Assembly (NCBI GenBank): GCA_965203485.1
Contig: OZ241892.1
Coordinates: 1,184,001 to 1,248,000, forward strand
DNA: 64,000 bases
Origin: Longimicrobiales bacterium
GTDB lineage: Bacteria; Gemmatimonadota; Gemmatimonadetes; Longimicrobiales; Gaopeijiaceae
Reading direction: 5' to 3'
In this document: positions 38,977 through 49,318 of the stretch, piece by piece
How positions within the stretch are numbered: position 1 is the first letter of the stretch
How the letters are laid out: every line of letters starts with the position of its first letter
The notes under the pieces: generated by a model
What the model was told of the DNA's origin: nothing
Seen by the model: only the letters and a program-made list of their open reading frames with translations
Database searches by the model: none
Program-made: the position numbers and the translations under genes

Positions 38977-40311
38977 GTGATCCCGCAACGCGTGATCGCC
39001 GCCAAGCGGGCCGGCGAGCCGGTGGCTCCGGACGCGTTGCGGCAGTTCCTGGCCGACTACTTGAGCGGGCGCGTCGAGGACAGCCAGATGGCCGCCTTCT
39101 TGATGGCCGTCTGCTTCAACGGGCTCTCGGACGACGAGCTCGCCGTGCTCGTGGACGCTATGATCGGCTCCGGCGAGGTGCTGGACCGCGCCGCCGGTCC
39201 GCCGGGCCCGCGAGTGGACAAGCACTCGACCGGCGGGGTCGGCGACAAGATTTCTCTCGCGCTCGCGCCGCTGGCGGCCGAGATGGGGCTGGTCGTCCCG
39301 ATGATCTCCGGTCGCGGGTTGGGCCACACCGGCGGCACGCTGGACAAGTTGGAGGCCATCCCGGGCTTCGAGACGCGGTTGCCGCTCGACCGATTCCACC
39401 GCATCCTCCGCGAGACGGGGTGCGCGATGATCGGCCAGACGCGCGAGATCGCTCCGCTGGACCGCAAGCTCTACGCGCTCCGCGACGTCACCGCGACGGT
39501 GGCCTCGCGGCCGCTGATCACCGCGTCCATCATGTCGAAGAAGCTGGCCGAGACGCTGGACGGCTTGGTGCTGGACGTGAAGGTCGGCTCCGGCGCGTTC
39601 CTGCCGTCGGCGGGGGAAGCCCGCGAACTCGCGCGCGCGATGGTCGCGGTCGGCACGGTCCGGGGCTTGGGCGCGGCGGCCGTGCTGTCGGCGATGGACC
39701 GGCCGCTCGGCCGGGCGATAGGGCACGGGCTCGAGGTGGCCGAGGCGGTGGCCTGCCTGTCGGGCGGCGGTCCGGCGGACCTTCGCGAGCTGACGGTGGA
39801 GCTGGCGGCGGAAATGGCCTTGGCCGGGGGCGTGGCGCAGTCGCTGGAGGCTGCGCGACGGGCCGCGGTCGCGGCGTTGGATTCCGGCAGGGCGCTGGAA
39901 CGGTTCGGCCGAATGGTGCGCGCGCACGGGGGCGATGCCGGGCGCGCGGAGTCCGGGCAGCTGCCCGCGGCGCCGCTTCGCAGGGCGGTTCCGGCGCCGC
40001 GTTCGGGCGCGGTGGCGGCGATGGATCCCCGCGAACTGGGCTACGCGCTGGTTGGACTGGGCGGTGGGAGGACGCGCCGGGACCAGCGGATCGACCCGAG
40101 AGTGGGCTTCGAGATGGAGGTCGAGATAGGCCAGGCCGTGTCGGCGGGCGAACCGCTGGCGGTGGTGCACGCCGCCGACGAAGGCCGGTTGGCCGCCGCC
40201 CAGCGGACGGTGGCCGAGGCCGTTCGCGTTGGGGACGAGGCGCCGAAGCCCCTTCCGCTGGTCTTGGAACGGATCCGGGGTTCGTCGCCGGTTGCCGCAG
40301 GGCGCGCGTGA
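38977..40311 (+). CDS. Thymidine/pyrimidine-nucleoside phosphorylase
   Basis: DKHSTGGVGDK, SGRGLGHTGGTLDKLEAIPG, SIMSKK, DVKVGSGAF. Confidence 0.95.
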   Translation: MIPQRVIAAKRAGEPVAPDALRQFLADYLSGRVEDSQMAAFLMAVCFNGLSDDELAVLVDAMIGSGEVLDRAAGPPGPRVDKHSTGGVGDKISLALAPLAAEMGLVVPMISGRGLGHTGGTLDKLEAIPGFETRLPLDRFHRILRETGCAMIGQTREIAPLDRKLYALRDVTATVASRPLITASIMSKKLAETLDGLVLDVKVGSGAFLPSAGEARELARAMVAVGTVRGLGAAAVLSAMDRPLGRAIGHGLEVAEAVACLSGGGPADLRELTVELAAEMALAGGVAQSLEAARRAAVAALDSGRALERFGRMVRAHGGDAGRAESGQLPAAPLRRAVPAPRSGAVAAMDPRELGYALVGLGGGRTRRDQRIDPRVGFEMEVEIGQAVSAGEPLAVVHAADEGRLAAAQRTVAEAVRVGDEAPKPLPLVLERIRGSSPVAAGRA

Positions 40312-40430
40312 ACGCATGTCGCGGGCGAGATGCCGGGCGGATCAACCGCGCGCCGGCGCACCAGGAGTCGAGTGGTCGCGGCGAGACGGCTCGTCGGCCG
40401 TCAGGAGCCTCCGCGGCCCGGAGGCGGCCG

Positions 40431-40682
40431 CTACTCGCCGCTGGAGAACATCTCGTAGACGATGCCTTCCCGGTCCAGGGCCGCCGCCAGCTCGGGAGCG
40501 CCGGCCGCTTGGATCTTGAGCGCGATTCCGCACTTGGCCTCGGACTGCGGCGGGGCAGGCACTACTTCCGCGGGGATGGACTGCTCGCGGGCGACGTCTT
40601 CCGCCCACATGGCGTGGTGCGTGGTCTTGAAGACGAAGACGCGCGCGCCGGGCTCGGGTGTCGATTGGGGCTGGCCTGTCAT
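40431..40682 (-). CDS. DUF3343-like small protein
   Basis: F.TTHHAM.AE...VVPAP....KCGIAL pattern. ATGA overlap with the PBP1A stop. Confidence 0.75.
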   Translation of the reverse strand: MTGQPQSTPEPGARVFVFKTTHHAMWAEDVAREQSIPAEVVPAPPQSEAKCGIALKIQAAGAPELAAALDREGIVYEMFSSGE

Positions 40683-42907
40683 CGGCGGTTGCGTGGCGAG
40701 AGGGCGGGAGAACGCCCGCTCTGGCGGTCGCAGACCGTCGTGGGCGCGGTTCCAGGAAGGTAGCGCTCGGTGTAGGCGTCCGCGTCCGGACACCAGCGCG
40801 AAGCCAGCGTGCCCGTCTTCTTGTCGATGCGCCGGCTGATCACTCCGCCGGGCCAAGGCCAGCGACCCGGAACCGGCAGGAGCGCAGGAGCCTCTTGGAC
40901 GGACGCCTCCTCCGCCAAGCTGTCGGCGACGAGCCCGGCCGCCCCTTCGCTTGCGGCCGGCGAGCCGTAGTAGAGGCGCTTCGCGAAATGGCCCCAGACC
41001 GGCGACGCGAACCGGCCGCCGGTGGCGCCTTCGACGATCGGCACCGGTTGCTCCATGCCGAACCACACGGCCGCCACCAAGTTGGGCGTGAAGCCGATGA
41101 ACCAGATGTCGCTGCCCTCGTTCGTGGTCCCGGTCTTGCCCGCCACCGGCACGTCGCGAGGAAGGCCGGCCAGCAGGCGCACGCCGGTGTAGCCGGTGCC
41201 GCGCGGATGGTCGGCCACGTCTTCGAGGAGCGAGACCACGAGCCGCGCCACCGCGGGGTCGAGCACGCGCTCCCGCTCGGGCCGCGGCTCCCAAAGGACT
41301 TCTCCTTCCGCGCTCTCGACGCGCACGATGGGGAAGGGGCGAACGCGCTCGCCCAGCGTCGCCAGCGTCGCGTACGCCTCGAGCATCTGAACCGGAACGA
41401 CCTCGGCGGCGCCGATCGTCGTGGAAGGGAAGGGCTCCACCTCGGTGCGGATCCCCATGCGGCGCGCCATTTGCGCGACCGACTCCAGGCCCACCTGCAT
41501 CCCCACCTTGATCGCAACCATGTTGATCGAGCGGACGAGCGCCTCGCGCATGGTGATCCAGCCCGCGAACTCGGGATTGTAGTTGCTCGGGCGCCACGTC
41601 GTGCCGTCCGGCTCGTCGAGCACGACGGGACCGTCCAGAACCAGCTCCGACGCCGGCACGCCGTTCTCCAGGGCCGCCGCGTAGACGAACGGCTTGAACG
41701 ACGACCCGGCTTGGCGGCGGGCCTGCGTTGCGCGGTTGAACTCGGACTGGGCGAAGTCGCGTCCGCCCACCATCGCCCGCACGTGGCCGGTCGCGGGGTC
41801 GGCGGCGACCAGCATGCCCTGCACGTAGGGCAGCGCCGCCGCTGCGCTCCCGCCGCTGTCGGAGAATTCGCGGTACCTGGGATGCGGATAGTCCGCCCAT
41901 CCCTCTATGCGGCTCCATCCGCCCTCCATCGCCGCTTCCGCGGCCATCTGCATGTCGAGGTCCAGCGTCGTGTGCACGCGGAGCCCGGCGGTGTTGAGCA
42001 GGCGGTTGCCGAACCGGTCGTCCACGATTCCGCGCACCCATTCCACGAAGTAGGGCGCCAGCGTCTCGACCGTCTGCGCGCGCTCGAGCGGGACCGGCTC
42101 CGCCTGCCACCGCTCGACTTCGGCGTCGGTCAAGTAGCCCTCGCGGCCCATCAGCGCCAGCACGAGATTGCGGCGGCGGCGGGCGGCTTCCGGGTGCCGA
42201 AGCGGCGTGTAGTGCTCGGGCAGATTGGCGACGGCCGCCAGCAGCGCCGCCTCCGCCGGATTGATGTCCGTGGCGTTCTTGCCGAAGTAGTTCCTCGAAG
42301 CCGTCTGGATGCCGTACCAGCCGTGCGCCAAGCCGATCTGGTTCATGTACGCTTCGATGATCTGCTCCTTCGTGTACGCCTGCTCGAGCGCGATGGCGAC
42401 CTGCCATTCCTTGAGCTTGCGCACGATCCGCTTCTCGAACCCCAGGCTCTCCGTCCACATGTGGCGGGCCAGCTGCTGGGTGATCGTGCTTCCGCCGCCT
42501 CCCGAGAGCGACCGCGTGCGCGCGGCCTCGATCACGGCGCGGCCGATTCCTCGCCAGTCCAGTCCCTCGTGGCTGTAGAAGCGGCGGTCCTCGACGGCGA
42601 TGAACGCCTGCGGCACGTGCGCCGGCAGGTCGGAAAGCGCCGCCGGCGTGCGCCGCTCGACGCCGATCTCGTCCACCAAGCGTCCGTCGCGAGCGTATAT
42701 CTTGCTCGTCAGGCTCGGCTCGTAGGTGTAGATTTGCGCGATGGACGGGCAGTCGTTGCACAAGTTCCGCCATGCCCCCGCCGTCGCGCCGACGAGTCCC
42801 GCGGCCAGGAAGAGAAGCACGAGCCAGAGCGCGTTCGGGACGCGGGCTATCCAAGCCCGGCCGCGGGCGGTCGGCCGCAGGCGTTTCTTTTTCGGGCGTG
42901 CGGACAC
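40679..42907 (-). CDS. Penicillin-binding protein 1A (transglycosylase/transpeptidase)
   Basis: EDRRFYSH, GGSTITQQL, RKLKE, SxxK (GSSFKP), SxN (SIN), KTGTTN. Start approximate. Confidence 0.93.
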   Translation of the reverse strand: MSARPKKKRLRPTARGRAWIARVPNALWLVLLFLAAGLVGATAGAWRNLCNDCPSIAQIYTYEPSLTSKIYARDGRLVDEIGVERRTPAALSDLPAHVPQAFIAVEDRRFYSHEGLDWRGIGRAVIEAARTRSLSGGGGSTITQQLARHMWTESLGFEKRIVRKLKEWQVAIALEQAYTKEQIIEAYMNQIGLAHGWYGIQTASRNYFGKNATDINPAEAALLAAVANLPEHYTPLRHPEAARRRRNLVLALMGREGYLTDAEVERWQAEPVPLERAQTVETLAPYFVEWVRGIVDDRFGNRLLNTAGLRVHTTLDLDMQMAAEAAMEGGWSRIEGWADYPHPRYREFSDSGGSAAAALPYVQGMLVAADPATGHVRAMVGGRDFAQSEFNRATQARRQAGSSFKPFVYAAALENGVPASELVLDGPVVLDEPDGTTWRPSNYNPEFAGWITMREALVRSINMVAIKVGMQVGLESVAQMARRMGIRTEVEPFPSTTIGAAEVVPVQMLEAYATLATLGERVRPFPIVRVESAEGEVLWEPRPERERVLDPAVARLVVSLLEDVADHPRGTGYTGVRLLAGLPRDVPVAGKTGTTNEGSDIWFIGFTPNLVAAVWFGMEQPVPIVEGATGGRFASPVWGHFAKRLYYGSPAASEGAAGLVADSLAEEASVQEAPALLPVPGRWPWPGGVISRRIDKKTGTLASRWCPDADAYTERYLPGTAPTTVCDRQSGRSPALSPRNRR

Positions 42908-44273
42908 GTTGAGACCTGCATCGGTCGCGGGAGACGAAGCGGCGCGCCGGGCAAATCTAATCGTCCGGCCGCACCGGGCCTTCCGGCGGTTTCGGCCCGC
43001 GGCGAAGGGCTTCGCCTTCTCGGCGGGCGCGGCCGTTGCGCTGGCGGCGGGCGGAGGTTGCGCCGAAGCCCCGGCCCCGGTAGTCGTCGGCGACGCCCGG
43101 CTGGCCCCGTTGGCCGCAAGGCTGCTTCGCGACGTGGAGCGGGCATCCGGCCTGCGAGCCGTCGGCCGGCTTCGCGTCGCGGCCAAGTCCAGAGGCGAGC
43201 TGGAGACGTTCCTCGCCGAGAAGATCGCCGAGGAGATGCCGGCGCCGGACCAAGCCGCGGCTCCGTACGTGCTGCTGGGGCTGCTCGAGCCCGGCGCCGA
43301 CTTGGGCGAACTGATGCTGTCGCTTCACCTCGAGCAGGTGGCGGGCTTCTACGAGCCGGATTCGGCCGCGCTCTTCGTGCTCGCCGACCACCCCGAAGCG
43401 CTCTTGGAGCCGCTTCTGGTCCACGAACTCGTGCACGCGCTCCAGGACCAGCACGTCGGCCTGGACTCCTTGACGGCGCGGCGGCGAGGCGCAGACGCCC
43501 GCGCGGCCGCCCGCGCGGCTATCGAGGGTCATGCCATGCTGGCCGCGGCCGAGTGGAGCGGCGCCCCCGACGCGCGCAGGTCGGCGGACGCGTTGCGCGC
43601 CGCCGTTCTCGCCGACGCGGGCGCCCGCTACCCGTTGTTGGCCGCCGCTCCGGCCGTGGTTCGCGAGAGCGTGCTGTTCCCGTACGTGGAAGGGATGCGG
43701 TTTGCGCGCGCCGCGTGGGTCCGGGACCGGAACCGGGCCGCGGCGCTGACCGTTCGGATGCCTCGGTCCACGGAGCAAGTGTTCCATCCGGACAAGCTGT
43801 GGGGCGCGTCCCCCGACCTGCCGGTCGCGCTCGCTTTCTCGTTCTCCGGCGACGACGGGCCCGTGCCGCTGGCGGCGTCCGGCGACGCGTCGGCGCCGGG
43901 TGCGGTCGGGGAGCGCCCGTCGCCTTTCCGGCCGCGGCTCGGGAGCGTGCGCGAGGACGTTCTGGGCCACTTGGAGCTCGGCTTGGTCGCCGAGGCGTGG
44001 GGAGGCGACCGGTCGATGGCCGACGGCTGGGCGGGCGACAGGTACGCGCTGTTTGGTTCGCCGGGCCGCTGGTCGCTCCGCTGGGTAGTGGCGTGGGACG
44101 ACCGCGCGCGCAGGGACGCTTTCCTCGGCTGGGCGAAGGACGCTCCGGGAAGGCCGTCCGGCTTGGCGCTGCGGGCGCTGGAGGTCGGCGGCTTGGCCGC
44201 GCTCGAGGTCGTGGCGGGCGCGCCGCCGGCGTGGGTGGTTCGCGTCGCGCGGGACGGCGGGCCGGGGCCGTGA
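42741..44273 (+). CDS. Hypothetical zincin-like lipoprotein (HExxH); true start probably near 42960-43040
   Basis: VAGFY, LVHELVHALQDQH, AIEGHA, FPYVEG, P.STEQV.HP, GWAGD motifs and a lipobox-like AGGGC. Confidence 0.7.
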   Translation: MDGQSLHKFRHAPAVAPTSPAARKRSTSQSAFGTRAIQARPRAVGRRRFFFGRADTLRPASVAGDEAARRANLIVRPHRAFRRFRPAAKGFAFSAGAAVALAAGGGCAEAPAPVVVGDARLAPLAARLLRDVERASGLRAVGRLRVAAKSRGELETFLAEKIAEEMPAPDQAAAPYVLLGLLEPGADLGELMLSLHLEQVAGFYEPDSAALFVLADHPEALLEPLLVHELVHALQDQHVGLDSLTARRRGADARAAARAAIEGHAMLAAAEWSGAPDARRSADALRAAVLADAGARYPLLAAAPAVVRESVLFPYVEGMRFARAAWVRDRNRAAALTVRMPRSTEQVFHPDKLWGASPDLPVALAFSFSGDDGPVPLAASGDASAPGAVGERPSPFRPRLGSVREDVLGHLELGLVAEAWGGDRSMADGWAGDRYALFGSPGRWSLRWVVAWDDRARRDAFLGWAKDAPGRPSGLALRALEVGGLAALEVVAGAPPAWVVRVARDGGPGP

Positions 44274-45430
44274 CGCCGGCGGGCGGGGCGGGGTTGGGCG
44301 AGGCGCGGCAGTCGGACGGCGGGGCGGGGCGGCTGCGGGAGATTGCCGTGGGCTCGGCCTCGGGAGGGTACGCGGTGCACGTGGGGCGGGGCGCCCTCGA
44401 GAGGGCCGGGCCGGCGGCGATGCGGGCCGCGCCGTCGGGACGGTGCGCGCTGATCGCGGACGACGAGGTGGCGGCGCTTTGGGGGGACTTGGTGGAGAGG
44501 GCGCTAGCCGACGCGGGCGCGGGCGTGGTGCGGGCGTCGTTCCCGCCGGGCGAAGCGCACAAGACGCGGGCGACGTGGGCGCGCCTGACCGATGCGCTCC
44601 TGGATGCCGGCCTGGGCCGCGACTCCTGCGTCGTGGCTCTGGGCGGAGGCGTGACCGGCGACTTGGCCGGGTTCGTCGCGGCCACGTATCTGCGAGGAGT
44701 GCCCGTGTTGCAGATTCCGACGACGACGCTTGCGATGATCGACGCGTCCGTGGGCGGCAAGACGGGCGTCGACCACCCGCTCGGCAAGAACCTTGTGGGG
44801 GCGTTTCATCCGCCCTGCGGCGTGTTGGCGGATCCGCGCTTTCTCAGCACGTTGCCCGGCGGCGCCAGGGCCGAGGGCTTCGCGGAAGCCGTCAAGCACG
44901 GCGTGGTCGCCGACGCTCGCTACGCCTCCTGGCTGGCGGCGAACGCGGCGTCGCTCATGAGCGTCGAGGGCCACGCGGTGGAACGGGCCGTAGCGAGGTC
45001 CGTGGAGATCAAGGCCGGGATCGTGTCCGGCGACGAGTTCGAAGCGGGCCGGCGACAGGTCCTCAACTTCGGACACACCGTCGGGCACGCGCTCGAAGCC
45101 GCCTCGGACTACTCTCTGGCGCACGGGCGGGCGGTTGCCGCCGGAATGGTGGCGGAAGCCCGCATCGGCGAGGCGATGGGGGTCACGGCTTCGGGCACCG
45201 CCGACGAGGTGGCCGCGATGGTTCGCGCCTTCGGACTGTCTCCCCGTTGGCCGGCGCCCGCGAATCCGGACCGGCTCGCGCGGCTGATGTCGAGCGACAA
45301 GAAGACGAGGGGCGGCGTCGTGCACGTCGTGCTTCTGGCGGAAGTGGGCAGCGTCCACGGCGCGCGAGGGACGGCCACGCCGCTGCCGGCCGACGAGCTC
45401 GCGCGCATCGTCGGGGCGTGGAAGGCGTGA
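44270..45430 (+). CDS. aroB: 3-dehydroquinate synthase
   Basis: GE.HK, LGGGVTGDLAGF, PTTTLAMIDASVGGKTG, LNFGHTVGHALE. Confidence 0.95.
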   Translation: MTPAGGAGLGEARQSDGGAGRLREIAVGSASGGYAVHVGRGALERAGPAAMRAAPSGRCALIADDEVAALWGDLVERALADAGAGVVRASFPPGEAHKTRATWARLTDALLDAGLGRDSCVVALGGGVTGDLAGFVAATYLRGVPVLQIPTTTLAMIDASVGGKTGVDHPLGKNLVGAFHPPCGVLADPRFLSTLPGGARAEGFAEAVKHGVVADARYASWLAANAASLMSVEGHAVERAVARSVEIKAGIVSGDEFEAGRRQVLNFGHTVGHALEAASDYSLAHGRAVAAGMVAEARIGEAMGVTASGTADEVAAMVRAFGLSPRWPAPANPDRLARLMSSDKKTRGGVVHVVLLAEVGSVHGARGTATPLPADELARIVGAWKA

Positions 45431-45577
45431 CGGCGCCGCCGGGTCCCGGCCAGGGCGGACAGCCAACCAGGAGGCCGCGCGGCGGACGCTCGCGGGCGCA
45501 CCGCGGGGGGACCCGCGTGAACGCGGCGCGCGCCGGCGCCGGGAAAGCCCTCACGCCCGGCCTCGCGCGTCCGCCGA

Positions 45578-45606
45578 TTGACTCCGGGGTCGCAATTCGC
45601 CAGAAT
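45578..45606 (+). promoter_or_regulatory. Putative sigma70-type promoter
   Basis: TTGACT-17 nt-CAGAAT upstream of a GGAGGA SD and the ATG at 45648. Confidence 0.55.
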
Positions 45607-45647
45607 CCCCGAAGCCCGTCGCGGACGGCATGTCGGCCGGAGGACAC

Positions 45648-47261
45648 ATGGCGCCACCCGAGCGCTCGCAGGACATCTTGATATCGTCGCTCTTGGCCCG
45701 GCAAGCCGCGGAACGCCCGTCGGCCCCCTTCCTGTTGCCGGACGCCGCCCCGCTTTCCTACGGCGAAGTGGAGCGGCAGGCCACTGCCTTGGCGGCGTCG
45801 CTCGCCGGTCTGGGCGTCGGCCCGGGCGACCGAATCGCCTTGGTGCTTCCCGCGTGGCCGGAGTTCGCGATCGCCGCCTTCGCCGCGGCCAAGCTAGGGG
45901 CTCCGCTCGTGCCCCTGGATCCGCGCCTTTCGGCGACCGACCTTCGCTACCGCCTCCGGCATTCCGGGGCCGCCTGCGCCGTCTCGGCCGAAGACGCCTA
46001 CGGCACCGACTACCTGCAGATCTTTGAAGACCTTCTCGTCGCCCTGCCGGAGCTGCAGCACGTCGTCACCGTCGGCGAGGAAGACCTCTGGCACGACGAC
46101 CGCATCTTTCAGTGGGAGGACCTGCTCTCGGCGGGCGAAGGCCGCCCTTTCGCGCCGGCGCCGGGCGCTCCGGCCGCTCCGTTCGCGATCCTCTACACGT
46201 CCGGCGCCTCGGGCAAGCCCAAGGGCGTCGAGCTGAGCCACGCCAACGTGGCGCACGCGGCTTCCGAAACCGTCGCGGCCGTCGGCTTGCGGGCCGACGA
46301 CGTCGTGGTGGGAGTCACTGCGCTGTTCCACGTCTTCGGCTTGGGTCCGGGGCTCGTCGGCACCTTGACGGCCGGAGCGAGCTTGGCGCTCCAGGACGGA
46401 TTCGACGCCGCCGAGACCCTGCGCCTGATGGACCGGCATCGCGCGACCGTTCACTACGGGGTGCCCACGCTGTTCGCGATGGAGCTGGACGAGGCCGAGC
46501 GCCGGGGACGCATGCCGGGTTCCGTGCGCGTCTGCGTGGCCTCGGGCGCGCCTGTCCGGCCCGCCTTGGCGCGGCGGATCGAAGAAGGGTTCGGCGCGCC
46601 GCTGCTCGTCGCCTACTCGTTGACCGAAGCCGCGTCCACCTTGGCCGTGACCCTCCCGGAGGATCCAGCCGACAAGCGCGCGTCGACGCTCGGGCGTCCG
46701 GTCAAGGACACCAGCGTGCGCGTCACCGGGGAAGACGGCGAAGCGCTGCCGCCCGAGAGCGTGGGCGAACTCTGGGTGAGAGGCCCCGGCGTCATGAGCG
46801 GCTATCACCGGCAACCGAGGGAAACCGCTCAGGTCTTCGACGACGACGGGTACCTGCCCACGGGCGACATCGGCATGGTCGACGCGGACGGGTACCTCCA
46901 CTTGGTCGGGCGGCGCAACGACGTGATCATCCGGGGCGGCCACAACGTGCACCCGAGCGAAGTCGAGGATCGTCTTGTCGCGCATCCCGCCGTGGACCGC
47001 GCCGCGGTGGTCGGCGTCTCGGACTCCGTGCTGGGGGACGCCATCTGCGCGTGCGTCGTGCTGGTCGAGGGCGGCGTGGCGACGGCGGAGGAGCTGCGCG
47101 AATGGGGCGCCGTGACGCTCGCCGCGTACAAGTTGCCCGACTCGGTTACCTTCTTGGACGACCTTCCCTTGACGACCACCGGCGCCGTCTCTCGCGCCGA
47201 GCTGGCACGCTTGGTGGCGCCGGAGGGACTCGACGCGCGAAGGCAGAACGAAGACAACTGA
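45648..47261 (+). CDS. AMP-dependent acyl-CoA synthetase (class I adenylate-forming)
   Basis: YTSGASGKPKG, YSLTE, TGDIG, GR..D.IIRGG. Confidence 0.92.
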   Translation: MAPPERSQDILISSLLARQAAERPSAPFLLPDAAPLSYGEVERQATALAASLAGLGVGPGDRIALVLPAWPEFAIAAFAAAKLGAPLVPLDPRLSATDLRYRLRHSGAACAVSAEDAYGTDYLQIFEDLLVALPELQHVVTVGEEDLWHDDRIFQWEDLLSAGEGRPFAPAPGAPAAPFAILYTSGASGKPKGVELSHANVAHAASETVAAVGLRADDVVVGVTALFHVFGLGPGLVGTLTAGASLALQDGFDAAETLRLMDRHRATVHYGVPTLFAMELDEAERRGRMPGSVRVCVASGAPVRPALARRIEEGFGAPLLVAYSLTEAASTLAVTLPEDPADKRASTLGRPVKDTSVRVTGEDGEALPPESVGELWVRGPGVMSGYHRQPRETAQVFDDDGYLPTGDIGMVDADGYLHLVGRRNDVIIRGGHNVHPSEVEDRLVAHPAVDRAAVVGVSDSVLGDAICACVVLVEGGVATAEELREWGAVTLAAYKLPDSVTFLDDLPLTTTGAVSRAELARLVAPEGLDARRQNEDN

Positions 47262-49207
47262 TGCCCAACCCCTTTGTGCGGGTGCCTCACGGCGACCGCA
47301 GACCCACGGCGGCCGACGCGCCCAACGCCGCGTTGCTCATCGACTTCGACAACGTCACGATGGGCATGAGAAGCGACTTGGCGAACGAACTCAGGACGCT
47401 TCTCGGCTCCGACATCATCAAGGGCAAGGTCACGGTGCAGCGGGCGTACGCCGACTGGCGGCGGTATCCGCAGTACATCGTTCCGCTCTCGGAAGCCTCG
47501 ATAGACTTGATCTTCGCCCCGGCCTACGGAAGCTCGAAGAAGAACGCGACCGACATTCGGATGGCCATCGACGGCATCGAACTCGTCTTCATCCGGCCCG
47601 AGATCGGCACCTTCATTCTGCTCACGGGAGATTCGGACTTCTCGAGCCTGGTGCTGAAGCTCAAGGAGTACGGCAAGTACGTCATAGGGATTGGGATTCA
47701 GGAGTCCAGCTCGGACATTCTGGTCCAGAACTGCGACGAGTACTACTCGTATACGGCCCTCGCCGGGCTGAGCAAGACGTCCGACGGCAAGCCGGCAACC
47801 GCCGACCCCTGGCAGTCCGTGAGCGAGGCCGTGCAGCGGATGGCCGCCCGCGGCGACGTGATGCGCTCGGACCGGTTGAAGCAGGTGCTGATCGAGATCG
47901 CGCCCGGCTTCGACGAACGAAACCTGGGCTTCAGAAAGTTCTCGCGCTTCCTCGTCGAAGCGTCCCGGAAGGGCCTGCTGGCGATCGAACGCGGCCAGAA
48001 CGGACAGTACGCCGTTGCGTTGCCCGGGGATGCAGGGGGAAAGGCGTCCGGGTCCGCGCGGACGGGCAAGACGGCGCAAGCCCAGCCCAGGCGCGGCGGT
48101 GGACGGCGCGGCGGACGCGACGAGACGAACGGCGACGGGGCCTCGGTCGCGGCGGACACGGCGCCTGCGCTCGGCCTCCTGCGCCGCGCGCTGGAGGCGG
48201 CGGGCGAGGACGGCAGGAGCCAGGTGCGGGACTCGACCATCAAGCGCAGGCTGCTGGCCTTGGACGCCGACTTCGACGAGGGCGCCCTGGGGTTCGCCAA
48301 GTTCAGCAAGTTTCTCCACTTCGCGGCGGACCGCGGCGAGGTCGAGTTGCTGCCGCTCGACGGTGGCGGCTTCGACGTCCGTCTTTCCCGCGCGGACGCC
48401 GACAAGAGATCGCCGCCCTCCCGGCAAGGCGCCGGCGCCTCTCCTTCTCGAGTGGACGCGAAGTCGCTGGGCTTGCCGCACACCAAGGATGCCATGGAGA
48501 GCTACTTGGCGAACCGGTACCGCGGTGTGGGCGCCAAGACCGCCGAAGCGCTCGTGAGCAAGTTCGGCGCCGACTTGTTCGCCGTGATGCAGGACGATCC
48601 GGCCAAGGTGCGGGCGCTCCTTCCGCGGACCCGGGCCGACCGGGTGCTTCACGCCTGGGAGGTCGACTACACGCGACGCGTCGGGCAAGCCAAGCCCAAG
48701 GCCCGGGCCGCGCGGCCGGCGGACCCGGAAGCGTCGGCGCAGGTTGTCGGCGGGGCGGGGCCGCCGGGGGCGGATCCCCCGTCTTCGGCTCGGCGAGGAC
48801 GCACCGGCGGCGACCACGGGGGGCGCGGCCGGGCCGTCTCTTCCGGGGACGCGGCCTCCGGACGGCCTCCGCGGGAGAGCCCCCGCCGAAGCGGCTCCCG
48901 CGCGGCGGCCGCGCGCGACGCCGAGAGGCCGAGGGGGGAGCGCCGGCGAAGCGGAGCCGCGCCGGGCGCCCCCCGCCCGGAGCACGGCGGCTCCGCCGCT
49001 CCCGCAGGCCCAGCGGCGGCGAGCGCGGACGGTTCCCACGTCGCGGCGCGCGGTGCCGAGGGCGGGGCGGACGGCTCGCGGCCGGAGGGAGGCGGGCGGG
49101 ACTCCAGCGCCAAGAAGCCGACCGGACTCGTCGGCTTCCTCAAGCAAGCTGCCCGGCGCACGCGAGGCCGCGGGACGGGCGACGACCGAGAGCGGAGAGG
49201 TCGGTAA
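47261..49207 (+). CDS. NYN (LabA/DUF88-like) domain protein with two LOTUS/OST-HTH domains, an HhH-like module and a disordered tail
   Basis: IDFDN, AYADW, KNATDI, TGDSDF, and two copies of FDE..LGF.KFS.FL. Confidence 0.85.
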   Translation: MPNPFVRVPHGDRRPTAADAPNAALLIDFDNVTMGMRSDLANELRTLLGSDIIKGKVTVQRAYADWRRYPQYIVPLSEASIDLIFAPAYGSSKKNATDIRMAIDGIELVFIRPEIGTFILLTGDSDFSSLVLKLKEYGKYVIGIGIQESSSDILVQNCDEYYSYTALAGLSKTSDGKPATADPWQSVSEAVQRMAARGDVMRSDRLKQVLIEIAPGFDERNLGFRKFSRFLVEASRKGLLAIERGQNGQYAVALPGDAGGKASGSARTGKTAQAQPRRGGGRRGGRDETNGDGASVAADTAPALGLLRRALEAAGEDGRSQVRDSTIKRRLLALDADFDEGALGFAKFSKFLHFAADRGEVELLPLDGGGFDVRLSRADADKRSPPSRQGAGASPSRVDAKSLGLPHTKDAMESYLANRYRGVGAKTAEALVSKFGADLFAVMQDDPAKVRALLPRTRADRVLHAWEVDYTRRVGQAKPKARAARPADPEASAQVVGGAGPPGADPPSSARRGRTGGDHGGRGRAVSSGDAASGRPPRESPRRSGSRAAAARDAERPRGERRRSGAAPGAPRPEHGGSAAPAGPAAASADGSHVAARGAEGGADGSRPEGGGRDSSAKKPTGLVGFLKQAARRTRGRGTGDDRERRGR

Positions 49208-49318
49208 GACCCTGCTTCGCGCGCGCCGGGGCCGTGCTTCGGCTCCCGGCTGAGCATCGCCACGGGGCGCCGCGAGCGGAGCGTCGCCAGGTCCGAGTCC
49301 TTGTTGCAGTCGGCGTCC

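Noticed and set aside
34046..45430. 1506-aa (34046-38566) and 1590-aa (40658-45430) ORFs as giant proteins
   Set aside because: Antisense or off-frame read-through of real genes. Only 44270-45430 (aroB) of the second is real.
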